The notes under the pieces are model-generated. The model made no database searches. It was not told the origin of the DNA and was given only the letters and a program-made list of their open reading frames with translations. From positions 1-57,050 of the forward strand of contig MWEZ01000002.1 in the NCBI GenBank assembly GCA_002071335.1: DNA of 57,050 nucleotides, in the 5' to 3' direction. This document shows, one piece after another, positions 7,804-17,138 of this stretch (position 1 is its first letter; every line of letters starts with the position of its first letter). This DNA is from Verrucomicrobia bacterium ADurb.Bin018 (GTDB lineage: Bacteria > Verrucomicrobiota > Kiritimatiellia > CAIQIC01 > Lenti-01). Both the position numbers and the translations under genes were made by a program.

Positions 7804-8676
7804 ATGTTCCAAGGCGCATATACCGCATTGATCACCCCCTTCCAAGCTGACGGGAAGGTGGATTTTGGCAAGCTCCGCGAGCTGGTTGAGCTGCAGGTGG
7901 CGGGGGGCATTGATGGCTTGGTGCCGGTGGGCACCACGGGCGAGTCCCCCACGCTGGACATTGATGAGCATTTGGAGGTCATCCGCGTGGTGACGGAAGC
8001 GGCCGCCGGCCGGGTGAAGATCATCGCCGGCACCGGCGCCAACTCCACCGATGAGGCGCTGGAACTGACGCGCCACGCCAAGGATTTTGGCGTGGACGGC
8101 ACGCTGCAAGTGACCCCGTACTACAATAAGCCGACGCAAGCCGGATTGGTCCGCCATTTTTCAGCAGTAGCCGATCTCGGCCTGCCGGTGGTGTTGTACA
8201 ACGTGCCCGGCCGCTGCTCATGCGAGATTGCCGTGGGTACCATTGCCGAGCTGGCCAAACACCCCCATGTGGTTTGCGTGAAAGAGGCGGGCGGCAGCGT
8301 GGACCGCGTGAGCAAAATCCGCGCGGCATGCGACATCGAGATTCTATCGGGTGATGACGCGCTGACCCTGCCCATGATGGCCGTCGGCGCAAGCGGGGTC
8401 ATTAGCGTGGCGTCCAACGTGGCGCCACGCGCAGTGGCCGACTTGGTCCACGCGGCGGCGGCCGGCAACTGGGACGAAGCTCGCCGGCTGCACTACCAGT
8501 ACTACGCGCTGTTCACCGATTTGTTCATCGAGACCAACCCCATCCCCGTGAAGGCCGCGGCGGAGATGATGGGGCTGGCGCCGGCGTTGTATCGCCTGCC
8601 GTTATGCGCAATGGCTCCGGCCAACCGCGACAAACTGCGCGCGACTCTCCAACAATGCGGCTTGGTGCGCGCATGA
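7804..8676 (+). CDS. dapA: 4-hydroxy-tetrahydrodipicolinate synthase
   Basis: MFQGAYTALITPF...VPVGTTGESPTL is the typical DapA N-terminus. The start was set at ATG 7804, in frame with track ORF 7396..8676, whose Pro/Arg-rich extension is implausible. Confidence 0.92.
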   Translation: MFQGAYTALITPFQADGKVDFGKLRELVELQVAGGIDGLVPVGTTGESPTLDIDEHLEVIRVVTEAAAGRVKIIAGTGANSTDEALELTRHAKDFGVDGTLQVTPYYNKPTQAGLVRHFSAVADLGLPVVLYNVPGRCSCEIAVGTIAELAKHPHVVCVKEAGGSVDRVSKIRAACDIEILSGDDALTLPMMAVGASGVISVASNVAPRAVADLVHAAAAGNWDEARRLHYQYYALFTDLFIETNPIPVKAAAEMMGLAPALYRLPLCAMAPANRDKLRATLQQCGLVRA

Positions 8677-9509
8677 GCACGCCCATCAAGATTCTGTTGG
8701 TGGGCGCGGCAGGGCGCATGGGGCAGAGCATCACGCGGCTGCTGGCTGCGGGCACGGTGCCCGGCTTGGAACTGGTGGCCGCGGTGGACCGTGCGGACTC
8801 GCCATTGGCCGGCCAAGATGCCGGCACGGCGGCCGGCACGCGCGCGCTGGGGGTGAAGATCACCAGCGATTTGGCTGCGGCCCTTGCGGCAAAACCGGCG
8901 GTGGCCATTGATTTTTCGGCGCACACGCTGACGGCGGCTGCCGCGCCCTTGCTGGCGGCGGCGGGCGTGGCGTGGGTGAACGGCACCACCGGACTCGAAG
9001 CCGCCGACAACGCCGCGGTGGCGCAGGCCGCCCAGCGGATCCCCGTGGTACGCTCGGCCAACATGAGCCTCGGGGTCAACCTGCTGTACGCCTTGGTGGA
9101 ACAAGCCGCCCGCGCCTTGCGCGGCAAGGATTACGATTGCGAAATCATCGAGCGCCATCACCGGCGCAAGAAAGATGCGCCGTCCGGCACCGCGCTCTAT
9201 TTGGGCGAAGCGGCGGCCCAAGGCTACGACTGGCCGCTGCGCGACGTGGCCGTGGACGGCCGCTCGGGTCTGACCGGCGCGCGCCCCGCCAAGCAAATCG
9301 GGTTCCACGCGGTGCGTGGGGGCGATATTGTCGGCGACCACACCGTCCTGTTTGCCGCCGATGGCGAATGCGTTGAGCTGGCGCACCGCGCGACCTCGCG
9401 CGACACCTTTGCGCTCGGCGCGCTGCGCGCCGCCTCGTGGCTTGCCGGCCGCGCGCCGGGGCTCTATTCCATGCGCGATGTTCTTGGCCTCAACCCCGGT
9501 TCGTCATGA
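8673..9509 (+). CDS. dapB: 4-hydroxy-tetrahydrodipicolinate reductase
   Basis: MSTPIKILLVGAAGRMGQ Rossmann start and the ERHHRRKKDAPSGTA motif. ATGA overlap with the dapA stop. Confidence 0.9.
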   Translation: MSTPIKILLVGAAGRMGQSITRLLAAGTVPGLELVAAVDRADSPLAGQDAGTAAGTRALGVKITSDLAAALAAKPAVAIDFSAHTLTAAAAPLLAAAGVAWVNGTTGLEAADNAAVAQAAQRIPVVRSANMSLGVNLLYALVEQAARALRGKDYDCEIIERHHRRKKDAPSGTALYLGEAAAQGYDWPLRDVAVDGRSGLTGARPAKQIGFHAVRGGDIVGDHTVLFAADGECVELAHRATSRDTFALGALRAASWLAGRAPGLYSMRDVLGLNPGSS

Positions 9510-10018
9510 ATGGCATTGAAGTTGGTCTGAGCCTCGGCGCGAATCTCGACGACAAGCTGGCCAACTTGCGCGCCGCCCGCACGGCCATTGCGGCTATTCC
9601 GTATGTGTCGGTGCTGGCCTCCGCGCCGCTCTACGAAACCGAGCCCGTGGGCGTACCCGAAGAATTTGCCAATCTCAAGTTTTTCAACACGGTGGTGATC
9701 ATCGGCACCTCGCTCGATGCGCACCGGTTGTTTGCCGAATTGCAGAAGGTGGAGCTGGCCCTCGGCCGCAAGCGCACCCTGCGCCCCAATACGCCGCGCG
9801 TGATTGATATTGATATGATTTACTACAACGGCCAGACCATCCGCAGCGGCGGGCTGGTGATCCCCCACCCCCGCTGGACCAAGCGCCGTTTTGTGCTGCA
9901 ACCGCTGGCCGATGTGCGCGGCTATCTTGTGCTGCCCGGCCACGACCGCCGCGTGCGCGACATTCTCGCCGCGCTGCCGCCCGGGCAGGATATCAAAAAG
10001 ATCATGGTGGAGTGGTGA
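9506..10018 (+). CDS. folK: 2-amino-4-hydroxy-6-hydroxymethyldihydropteridine diphosphokinase
   Basis: GLSLGANL...PLYETEPVG...IDIDMI...IPHPRW...RRFVLQPL HPPK signature. ATGA overlap with the dapB stop. Confidence 0.9.
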   Translation: MNGIEVGLSLGANLDDKLANLRAARTAIAAIPYVSVLASAPLYETEPVGVPEEFANLKFFNTVVIIGTSLDAHRLFAELQKVELALGRKRTLRPNTPRVIDIDMIYYNGQTIRSGGLVIPHPRWTKRRFVLQPLADVRGYLVLPGHDRRVRDILAALPPGQDIKKIMVEW

Positions 10019-10020
10019 GC

Positions 10021-10812
10021 ATGCGCCTGACCCCCCGTTCGATCACCGCGATGAAGGGCCGCGAGAAAATTGCGGCGCTCACGGCCTATGACTACCGCAC
10101 GGCGCAACTGCTCGATGCCGCCGGCATCCCGCTGCTGCTGGTGGGCGATTCGCTCGGCACCACGCTGCTGGGCTACGAGAACACCCTGCCGGTGACGCTG
10201 CTCGATATGCTCCGCCACACTGCCGCCGTGGTGCGCGGCGTGAAAAACGCGGTGGTGGTGGTGGACATGCCGTTCATGACCTACCAGGCCTCCATCGAGC
10301 AGGCGCTGCGCAACTGCGGCCGCGCCATTCAGAAAACAGGCTGCCACGCCGTCAAGATTGAAGGCGGCGAGTTCCGCGCCCCCACCGTCGCCGCGCTCGT
10401 CCAAAATGGGATTCCGGTGCTGGGGCACATCGGCCTCACCCCGCAGAGCGTGCAAACGCTGGGCCTGCGCGTGCAGGGCCGCGGCACAGAAGCCGCGCGG
10501 CAGCTGGTGGCCGATGCCCAGGCCATCGCCGCCGCCGGCGCTTTCGCCATTGTGCTGGAGGCCGTGCCGAGCGCGCTCGGCGCGGAGGTCACCGCCGCCG
10601 TACCGGTGCCGGTGATCGGCATTGGCGCCGGCCCCGGATGCGACGGGCAGATTCTGGTGATCAACGATTTGCTCGGTCTCTCCGGCGATTTCAAACCCAA
10701 GTTTGTGAAACAATATGCCAACCTTGGCGCGCAAATCAGCGCGGCGGCCAGCGCCTACAAATCCGAGGTGGCCGGCGCCGTGTTCCCCGGCCCGGAGCAT
10801 GGCTACGATTAA
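10021..10812 (+). CDS. panB: 3-methyl-2-oxobutanoate hydroxymethyltransferase
   Basis: KIAALTAYDY...LLVGDSLG...VVVDMPF PanB pattern. ATG 10021 lies 2 nt after the folK stop. The track start GTG 10012 is an alternative. Confidence 0.9.
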   Translation: MRLTPRSITAMKGREKIAALTAYDYRTAQLLDAAGIPLLLVGDSLGTTLLGYENTLPVTLLDMLRHTAAVVRGVKNAVVVVDMPFMTYQASIEQALRNCGRAIQKTGCHAVKIEGGEFRAPTVAALVQNGIPVLGHIGLTPQSVQTLGLRVQGRGTEAARQLVADAQAIAAAGAFAIVLEAVPSALGAEVTAAVPVPVIGIGAGPGCDGQILVINDLLGLSGDFKPKFVKQYANLGAQISAAASAYKSEVAGAVFPGPEHGYD

Positions 10813-10841
10813 CCGCGGCTGCGGCCGCGCCTGCTGATGCC

Positions 10842-11693
10842 ATGAAGGTCATCACCCACTCCCCGGAAATGCAACAGACCGCGCTCGCCTTGCGCGCGGC
10901 GGGCCGGCGGCTGGCGCTCGTGCCCACCATGGGCAACCTGCACGCGGGACACCTCGCCCTGGTGCGGCTGGCCAAACAGCACGCGGATGTGGTGATTGTC
11001 TCCATTTTTGTGAATCCCACCCAGTTCGGCCCCAACGAGGATTTTCAAACGTACCCGCGCACGTTCGAGGCCGACCGCGCCCAATGCGCCGCAGCCGGGG
11101 TGGATATTATTTTTTATCCGGCGGACGTCAGCGAAATCTATCCCGCCGATGCCAGCATCACGGTGGTGGAATCGGCGCTTTCGCAAACCTTGTGCGGGGC
11201 ATCGCGTCCGGGACATTTCACTGGCGTTTGCACCGTGGTGGCCAAGCTGTTCAACCTGACGCTGCCGCATGTGGCAGTCTTTGGCGAAAAAGATGGCCAG
11301 CAACTGCGCATCATGCGCCGCATGGCCCGCGACTTGCACTTCCCGGTGGAAATCATCGCGGGCCCCACGGTGCGGGAGCAGGACGGCCTCGCGCTGTCCT
11401 CACGTAACCAGTATCTCACCCCCGCCCAGCGCGCGCAGGCCACCTGCCTGCGCCGCGCATTGACCGAAGCCGAGCAGCGTTTTGCCGCCGGTGAACGCAA
11501 TCCGCAATGCCTCATTACGGCCATGTGGAATCTGATTGCCGCCGAGCCCGACACCCGGATTGACTACATTGCCATTGTGGATGATGAAACCCTCGCACCG
11601 GTGTTGGAGCCCATCACCCGCCCGGCGCTGGTGGCGCTGGCGGTTTGGGTGGGCCAGCCGCGGCTGATTGACAACACCGTTCTGCGACCTTGA
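10842..11693 (+). CDS. panC: pantoate--beta-alanine ligase
   Basis: LALVPTMGNLHAGHLALV (HIGH-type motif) and FGEKDGQQ. The start was set at ATG 10842, in frame with track ORF 10638. Confidence 0.9.
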   Translation: MKVITHSPEMQQTALALRAAGRRLALVPTMGNLHAGHLALVRLAKQHADVVIVSIFVNPTQFGPNEDFQTYPRTFEADRAQCAAAGVDIIFYPADVSEIYPADASITVVESALSQTLCGASRPGHFTGVCTVVAKLFNLTLPHVAVFGEKDGQQLRIMRRMARDLHFPVEIIAGPTVREQDGLALSSRNQYLTPAQRAQATCLRRALTEAEQRFAAGERNPQCLITAMWNLIAAEPDTRIDYIAIVDDETLAPVLEPITRPALVALAVWVGQPRLIDNTVLRP

Positions 11694-11697
11694 TACT

Positions 11698-11827
11698 TGG
11701 AAGGTCGGCGACCATTCCAGCCCGACAATCCGACCCGGCTGCTTTTGTAGGGCGGGAATGGTTGAGGGACGATACCTTCCCGCCGGAAAAGGCTGGAAGG
11801 TCTGCGACCGTTCCAGCCCTACAATCC
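11698..11827. repeat. two ~34-bp hairpin-containing direct repeats plus a central hairpin in the convergent gap after panC
   Basis: TGGAAGGTCgGCGACCaTTCCAGCCCgACAATCC (11698-11731) and TGGAAGGTCtGCGACCgTTCCAGCCCtACAATCC (11794-11827), offset by 96 bp. Each holds the stem TGGAAGGTC/GACCnTTCCA. The central hairpin is GGCGGGAA...TTCCCGCC (11751-11784). Confidence 0.7.
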
Positions 11828-11843
11828 AATCTGGATGTGATGA

Positions 11844-13322
11844 TTACAAAATTTCGACTCGGACGTCCTCGGCGGACTTTTGGTCAATCGCCTTGGTTTC
11901 GATGGGCTGGTAGGTGGGCAGGAAGCGGTAATACACTTGCAGCGTCAAGGCGGCCAAGGTGGTGGCATAGACTTGGCTGTTGATGCTTTCGCCGCGGAAC
12001 TCACGCGTGACGCCATCGCCGGTGAGCGCATGGCCGGGGGAGGTCCAACTGCCGTCCGAGCTTTGATTGTGGATCAGCGTGGGCGCAAATTTGTTGTTCC
12101 ATGCCGTCCAGTGGGCGCCACCTTGGTGAAACTTGGCCTGGCTGACGTAGTACCATGAATAGATGGGCGCCTGCTCCGGTTTTTTCCAGTTGCAGTCGGC
12201 ATCCTTCAGGAAGCTCAAGCCGGATTTGGTCGCGCTGTGGTTGCCGTAGCCCAGTAGTTGCAGGCACAACACCGACACCGCCGTCATGTTGGGCTGGCGG
12301 CCCGAGTTGGCGGCGGAATACGGGAAGCTGCCATCCTGCTGTTGCCGTTGTACAAGAAATTCCGACGCTTTATCCATGGAGGCCTTGAGCCCTTGGTTGT
12401 CCGCACCGGCGATATACGCCGCTTTGAGCGCCTGCATGCAGAAACCGGAAAGCGAGACGTCCCAGCGGGCCGCATCGCCGGTCTTGCCGAACGAATACAT
12501 CACCCAGCCACCATGGTTGCGCTGGCCATCCAGGATAACCTGCACCGCTTTTTCCATGACTTGGCGCAGCGAGGGGATGCGGGTCATGCCATAAGCTTCG
12601 CTGAGGGCATAGGTGCAAATGGCGTGGCCATAGGCGCCACCGGAGCCTTCGGTTTTCAGGAATTCGCCCTGCTCATTCTGCCGGGCCACCAAGAAGCGGA
12701 TGGCGCGTTCGACGGTGGCCCCATATTTTTCGGAGGCCGTGGTTTCACCATGGGCCAGATAGGTCAGGATGGCCAAGCCGGTATAGGCCTCCTTGTCGTT
12801 GTTGCCCCAGGAGCCGTCCGCATTCTGATGGATGCGCAGCCACTCAAGGGCGCGCAGCACGGCGATTTCGGCACGTTCCCCCCATGGGCCAGCGTAGTTG
12901 CCGAGGGCCCCGATGCGGCTCTCGCCGATGCGGTTGCCCATCGCCCCCGGGGGGAGCCCCCGCAAAATGATGGGGCTGATGGCATTGTCAATGTACAACT
13001 CCGTAAGGGTGTCGGCCGGCGCCTGGGCAAAATCACTAATCTCCGGCGGCGGGGGCATGTCTATGCTCACTTCCGGCGGGGTAACGGTCGGCACCGTCTC
13101 CGGTGGCAATTCTGTCCGCGGATCCTGCGGGACCAAGGTATCGAGTTTCAGCGGGTCAATTTCGACCACCTGCACTTCGATTTCGCTGGTTTTCTCCTTG
13201 GTGGTCTGGCTGGCAAACAGGAAGAGCAGGACAATGGCCAGCACGTGCAGTGTAATGGAGCCAGTGGGGCCGGCGACCCATTCCATGAAGTTCTTATATA
13301 GCGCGTTGTGCGATACGTTCAT
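11844..13322 (-). CDS. TonB-like N-terminal anchor (SxxxH) + Pro-rich linker fused to QW-repeat (squalene-cyclase/prenyltransferase-like) domain, paralog 1
   Basis: 492 aa. One TM segment, GSITLHVLAIVLLFLF, carries S-x-x-x-H. A Pro/Glu-rich segment follows (PPETVPTVTPPEVSIDMPPPPE). Then come repeats fitting the QW motif: RALEWLRIHQNADGSW, RAIRFLVARQNEQGEF, KAVQVILDGQRNHGGW, KASEFLVQRQQQDGSF, and a looser LIHNQSSDGSW. Confidence 0.8.
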   Translation of the reverse strand: MNVSHNALYKNFMEWVAGPTGSITLHVLAIVLLFLFASQTTKEKTSEIEVQVVEIDPLKLDTLVPQDPRTELPPETVPTVTPPEVSIDMPPPPEISDFAQAPADTLTELYIDNAISPIILRGLPPGAMGNRIGESRIGALGNYAGPWGERAEIAVLRALEWLRIHQNADGSWGNNDKEAYTGLAILTYLAHGETTASEKYGATVERAIRFLVARQNEQGEFLKTEGSGGAYGHAICTYALSEAYGMTRIPSLRQVMEKAVQVILDGQRNHGGWVMYSFGKTGDAARWDVSLSGFCMQALKAAYIAGADNQGLKASMDKASEFLVQRQQQDGSFPYSAANSGRQPNMTAVSVLCLQLLGYGNHSATKSGLSFLKDADCNWKKPEQAPIYSWYYVSQAKFHQGGAHWTAWNNKFAPTLIHNQSSDGSWTSPGHALTGDGVTREFRGESINSQVYATTLAALTLQVYYRFLPTYQPIETKAIDQKSAEDVRVEIL

Positions 13323-13443
13323 GACTTCCTCCAGCTTTATAGTCGCAGGTCATCCTTAGACGGCATCTGGCGAACAGGCACCGGTTTCTATCCTACTTAT
13401 ACATCTTTTTTGCGCGTGAGTCACGCAATTATTTCAAGCCGGT

Positions 13444-14592
13444 TCAGGGCGCGGCAGCGCCCGCCAGAAGCCGCTGATAAAGATCTAACAGCTTCTGGGC
13501 GCTGGCGGGCCATGTATGGCGGGCCAACACCAGATCGCGCCCGGCCGCGCCAAGGCGCTGGCGCAAGGCCGGATTGTCCGCCAGCTTGGTCAGGCCTGCC
13601 GCCAGTGCCGTCGCATCGCCCACCGGCACCACGATGCCCGCGCCATCGGCCACCAGCCGCGGCACCCAGGCGCAATCGGTGGTCAACACCGGCAGGCCGG
13701 CGGACATTCCCTCGATGGCCGCAAAGCAGAAGGATTCGTAATCGCTGGCGATGACCTTGATATCGGCGGCGGCATACACCGCCGGCAGTTCGGCAAATGG
13801 CACCTCGCCCAGGAACAACACCTGCTTGCTGATGCCCAGCGTCGCGGCCTGCTGCTCCGTTCGCTCGCGCAACGGCCCGCTGCCCACCAGCACCAGCCGC
13901 GCTGCCGGATGGGTTTTGGCAAATTCGGCAAACGCGTCCAGCAACAGCGCATGGTTTTTGAACGCTTGAAAACGCGCTACATACAACGCCACGAATTCAT
14001 CGCGGCAAATGCCGTGTTGGGCGCGAAAAGCGGAGGGCTGTGGGCGAAACAAATCGGCATCCACCGCGTTGGGGATATTGGTCGGCGCCGGGAGCGGAGA
14101 CGCGGAGTCCGCGCCGCCGCGGGCCCGAAGTTTTTCGATGGTGGTGCCGCTGGCAATGAGCGCATCGGCCAACGGCGCGCCGCTGCGCGGGTCATAAAAG
14201 TTGGGCGCGGTGAGGCGCATCACCAGCGGGGTGGCCACCCCCCGTTTTTTCAGCCAATAGACCAGATTGGGCAGCTCGCAAATTTGAATGATGTCCCACT
14301 CGGCAGCGCGACGCGCAATCCAGCGTGCGGCACGCCATTCAAACCATTCAAACTCCAGTTGGCGGATACGCCAACCGCCTTTGACCTTGTCCCATGGGAA
14401 TCTCTTGAGCCAAGGGGTGTGCAGCACCTTCGCGCCGGGCAGCGGCAGCAGCGGCGGGCCGCAGAGTGGCGCGCCACTCAACAACGTAATCTCCACGCCC
14501 AGACGGGCCAGATGCCGCGAAATTTCGAGATCAAACGTCTCCCCCCCGCCCCGCTCCAGACAGGCCATCCGATTGACAAACAAAACTTTCAT
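13444..14592 (-). CDS. glycosyltransferase, GT4 (group 1) family
   Basis: 382 aa with an MKVLFVN...GGGE N-terminus and the C-terminal SDYESFCFAAIEGMSAGLPVLTTD (E-X7-E region) typical of GT-B group-1 enzymes. Confidence 0.85.
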   Translation of the reverse strand: MKVLFVNRMACLERGGGETFDLEISRHLARLGVEITLLSGAPLCGPPLLPLPGAKVLHTPWLKRFPWDKVKGGWRIRQLEFEWFEWRAARWIARRAAEWDIIQICELPNLVYWLKKRGVATPLVMRLTAPNFYDPRSGAPLADALIASGTTIEKLRARGGADSASPLPAPTNIPNAVDADLFRPQPSAFRAQHGICRDEFVALYVARFQAFKNHALLLDAFAEFAKTHPAARLVLVGSGPLRERTEQQAATLGISKQVLFLGEVPFAELPAVYAAADIKVIASDYESFCFAAIEGMSAGLPVLTTDCAWVPRLVADGAGIVVPVGDATALAAGLTKLADNPALRQRLGAAGRDLVLARHTWPASAQKLLDLYQRLLAGAAAP

Positions 14593-14748
14593 GTCCGGCC
14601 GGCCATGTCACCCAGACAAGAGGGTGGCCCCGAAACAATCGTATGGCACGCGCACATGCTGCCTGCCTGCTGGATCGGCATTACCATGCCGCGCAATTTG
14701 CCCGAATCGCCGGTTGAAGGCGACAGAAATCCAGTCCCACCGCGAGGA

Positions 14749-16230
14749 TTAGAGGATTTCGATTTGGACGTCCTCGGAGGACTTTTGGTCAATGGTCTTG
14801 GTTTCGATGGGCTGGTAGGTGGGCAGGAAGCGGTAATACACCTGCAGCGTCAGGGCGGCCAACGTGGTGGCATAAACCTGGCTGTTGATGCCTTCGCCGC
14901 GGAACTCGCGCGTGACGCCATCGCCGGTGAGCGCGTGGCCGGGGGAGGTCCAACTACCATCGGGGCTTTGGTTGCGGATCAGCGTGGGCGCGAACTTGTT
15001 GTTCCACGATGACCAGTGGGCGCCACCCTGGTGGAACTTGGCTTGGCTGACGTAGTACCACGAGTAGATGGGCGCCTGCTCCGGTTTGTTCCAGTTGCAG
15101 TCGGCATCCTTCAGGAAACTCAGGCCTGCTTTGGTGGCGTTGTGATTGCCGTAGCCCAGCAGTTGCAGGCACAGCACCGACACGGCCGTAATGTTGGGTT
15201 GGCGGCCCGGGTTGGCAGCCGAATAAGGGAAGCCGCCATCCTGCCGTTGCCGCTTGATCAGAAAGTCAGCGGCCTTATCCATCGAATCTTTGAGCCCCGG
15301 ATTGTCGGCGCCGGCGATATACGCCGCTTTGAGCGCCTGCATACAGAAACCGGAAAGCGAGACGTCCCAGCGGGCCACATCGCCGGATTTGCCAAAGGAG
15401 TACATCACCCAGCCGCCATGGTTGCGCTGGCCATCAATGATGACCTGTACCGCTTTTTCCATGACTTGGCGCAGCGAAGGAATACGCGTCATGCCGTAGG
15501 CTTCGCTGAGCGCATAGGTGCAAATGGCGTGACCATAGACGCCGCCGGAGCCTTCGGTTTTCAGGAATTCGCCCTGTTCATTCTGGCGGGCCACCAAATA
15601 GCGGATGGCCCGTTCGACGGTGGGGCCGTATTTTTCGGAGGCCGTGGTTTCGCCATGGGCCAGATAGGTCAAGATGGCCAAGCCGGCATACGCCTCCTTG
15701 TCATTCGTGCCCCAGGAGCCGTCCGGATTCTGATTGATGCGCAGCCACTCGAGGGCGCGCAGCACGGCGGCTTCGGCATATTGCCCCCACTGGCCGCCAT
15801 AGTTGCCGATGGCCGCATTGCGACCGGCGCCGGAACGGTTGGACATCTGCCCGGGGGCGAGGCCCTTCATGATGATGGGGCTGATGGCATCGGAGGCAAT
15901 ATCCAATTCTGTGACCGTGTCGGCCACCGGCGCCGCGGCAAAATCCTGAATGTCCGGCGGCGGAGTCATGTCCATGTTCACGTCCGGCGGCGTGACGGTG
16001 TCCACCATGTCCGGCAGTTCTTCGGGTGGACGGTCTTCGAGCAAGTCGTCCAGTTCCTGCTGGTCAATTTCGACCATCTGCACTTCGATTTCGCTGGTTT
16101 TCTCCTTGGTGGCCTGGCTGGCAAACAGGAAGAGCAGAACAATGGCCACCACGTGCAGCGTGATGGAGCCGGTGGGACCGGCCGCCCATTCCATGAAGTT
16201 CTTATATAGCGCTCTGTGCGATACGTTCAT
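14749..16230 (-). CDS. TonB-like anchor + Pro-rich linker fused to QW-repeat domain, paralog 2 (immediately downstream of exbD)
   Basis: 493 aa, colinear and mostly identical to 11844..13322, with the same GSITLHV anchor and QW-type repeats. Starts 34 nt after the exbD stop. Confidence 0.8.
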   Translation of the reverse strand: MNVSHRALYKNFMEWAAGPTGSITLHVVAIVLLFLFASQATKEKTSEIEVQMVEIDQQELDDLLEDRPPEELPDMVDTVTPPDVNMDMTPPPDIQDFAAAPVADTVTELDIASDAISPIIMKGLAPGQMSNRSGAGRNAAIGNYGGQWGQYAEAAVLRALEWLRINQNPDGSWGTNDKEAYAGLAILTYLAHGETTASEKYGPTVERAIRYLVARQNEQGEFLKTEGSGGVYGHAICTYALSEAYGMTRIPSLRQVMEKAVQVIIDGQRNHGGWVMYSFGKSGDVARWDVSLSGFCMQALKAAYIAGADNPGLKDSMDKAADFLIKRQRQDGGFPYSAANPGRQPNITAVSVLCLQLLGYGNHNATKAGLSFLKDADCNWNKPEQAPIYSWYYVSQAKFHQGGAHWSSWNNKFAPTLIRNQSPDGSWTSPGHALTGDGVTREFRGEGINSQVYATTLAALTLQVYYRFLPTYQPIETKTIDQKSSEDVQIEIL

Positions 16231-16264
16231 GACTTTCTCCAGCTATATCGTCGCAGGTTCTCGT

Positions 16265-16678
16265 TCAGTTGGATGCGCTGACCACCGACAGGCTTCGCAA
16301 ATTGTTTTTGGCGCACAGGTCCAGCACCTTCACCAGCATGCCGTGCTTGGACACCGCAGACACCGTGATCATGATGGTTTGGCCGGTATCAATGGAGGCC
16401 ACCTTGCCCAACGCCGCGTCCAGCTTGTCCAGCGTGACGGGGATGTCGTTGACGGTGTAGCCGTCCTGATACACGCCCACGCGTACAAGGTTGGGCGGCT
16501 TCTGATCTTCCTTGGCGGTTTTGTCCGGCGCGGGCCGGAAGACGTCCAAGTTGGTCATCACGTCAATCGGCTTGGTGGTGACGATGAAGTAGATCAGGAG
16601 CTGGAACACCACGTCAATCATGGGGGTCATTGACAGGGCGGGCTCCGTCACATCCGGGCGTTTGCGTTTTCTGGCCAT
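16265..16678 (-). CDS. exbD: ExbD/TolR family biopolymer transport protein (second copy)
   Basis: MARKRKRPDVTEPALSMTPMIDVVFQLLIYFIV is the typical ExbD N-terminus. The start was moved to ATG 16678 (SD GGAAGGAAG upstream), because the track start 16762 overlaps the upstream exbD. Confidence 0.85.
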   Translation of the reverse strand: MARKRKRPDVTEPALSMTPMIDVVFQLLIYFIVTTKPIDVMTNLDVFRPAPDKTAKEDQKPPNLVRVGVYQDGYTVNDIPVTLDKLDAALGKVASIDTGQTIMITVSAVSKHGMLVKVLDLCAKNNLRSLSVVSASN

Positions 16679-16697
16679 GGGGTGCTTCCTTCCTGTC

Positions 16698-17111
16698 CTA
16701 ACCCGCCTTTTCCTTGAGCGCGGCGAAGCGGAGCTTCCACAGCCCGGCCTTGCCGCAGACATCCATCACGCGCTTGATGGCGTCGTGCTGGGTCTCGCCA
16801 TCGCCGCGGATCACCACCGGCGTGCTTTGCCCGGTAGTGTTGCGCGCCTTGACCAACACGTTCAGCAGTTGTGCCTCGCTCAAGTTGGTCTTCATGATGG
16901 AAATCTTGCCGTTCTTGTCCACGTCCACCACCACGGTGCGCGGGTCCTTGACCTCCTCGACGGGGCCGTGGGGGGCCATGGCCATGCGGACGGCGGTGTC
17001 CATGGCCTTGGCCTGCAAGTCCGCGGTGGTAACGAAGAAAATGATGAGCTGGAACACCACGTCAATCATCGGCGTCATGTTCAGCTCGGCATCCGGATAT
17101 TGCTTTTTCAT
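16698..17111 (-). CDS. exbD: ExbD/TolR family biopolymer transport protein (first copy)
   Basis: 137 aa with the NMTPMIDVVFQLIIFF motif. Confidence 0.9.
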   Translation of the reverse strand: MKKQYPDAELNMTPMIDVVFQLIIFFVTTADLQAKAMDTAVRMAMAPHGPVEEVKDPRTVVVDVDKNGKISIMKTNLSEAQLLNVLVKARNTTGQSTPVVIRGDGETQHDAIKRVMDVCGKAGLWKLRFAALKEKAG

Positions 17112-17138
17112 GCTTGTCTCCCCGGGCGGGGTGGCAGC

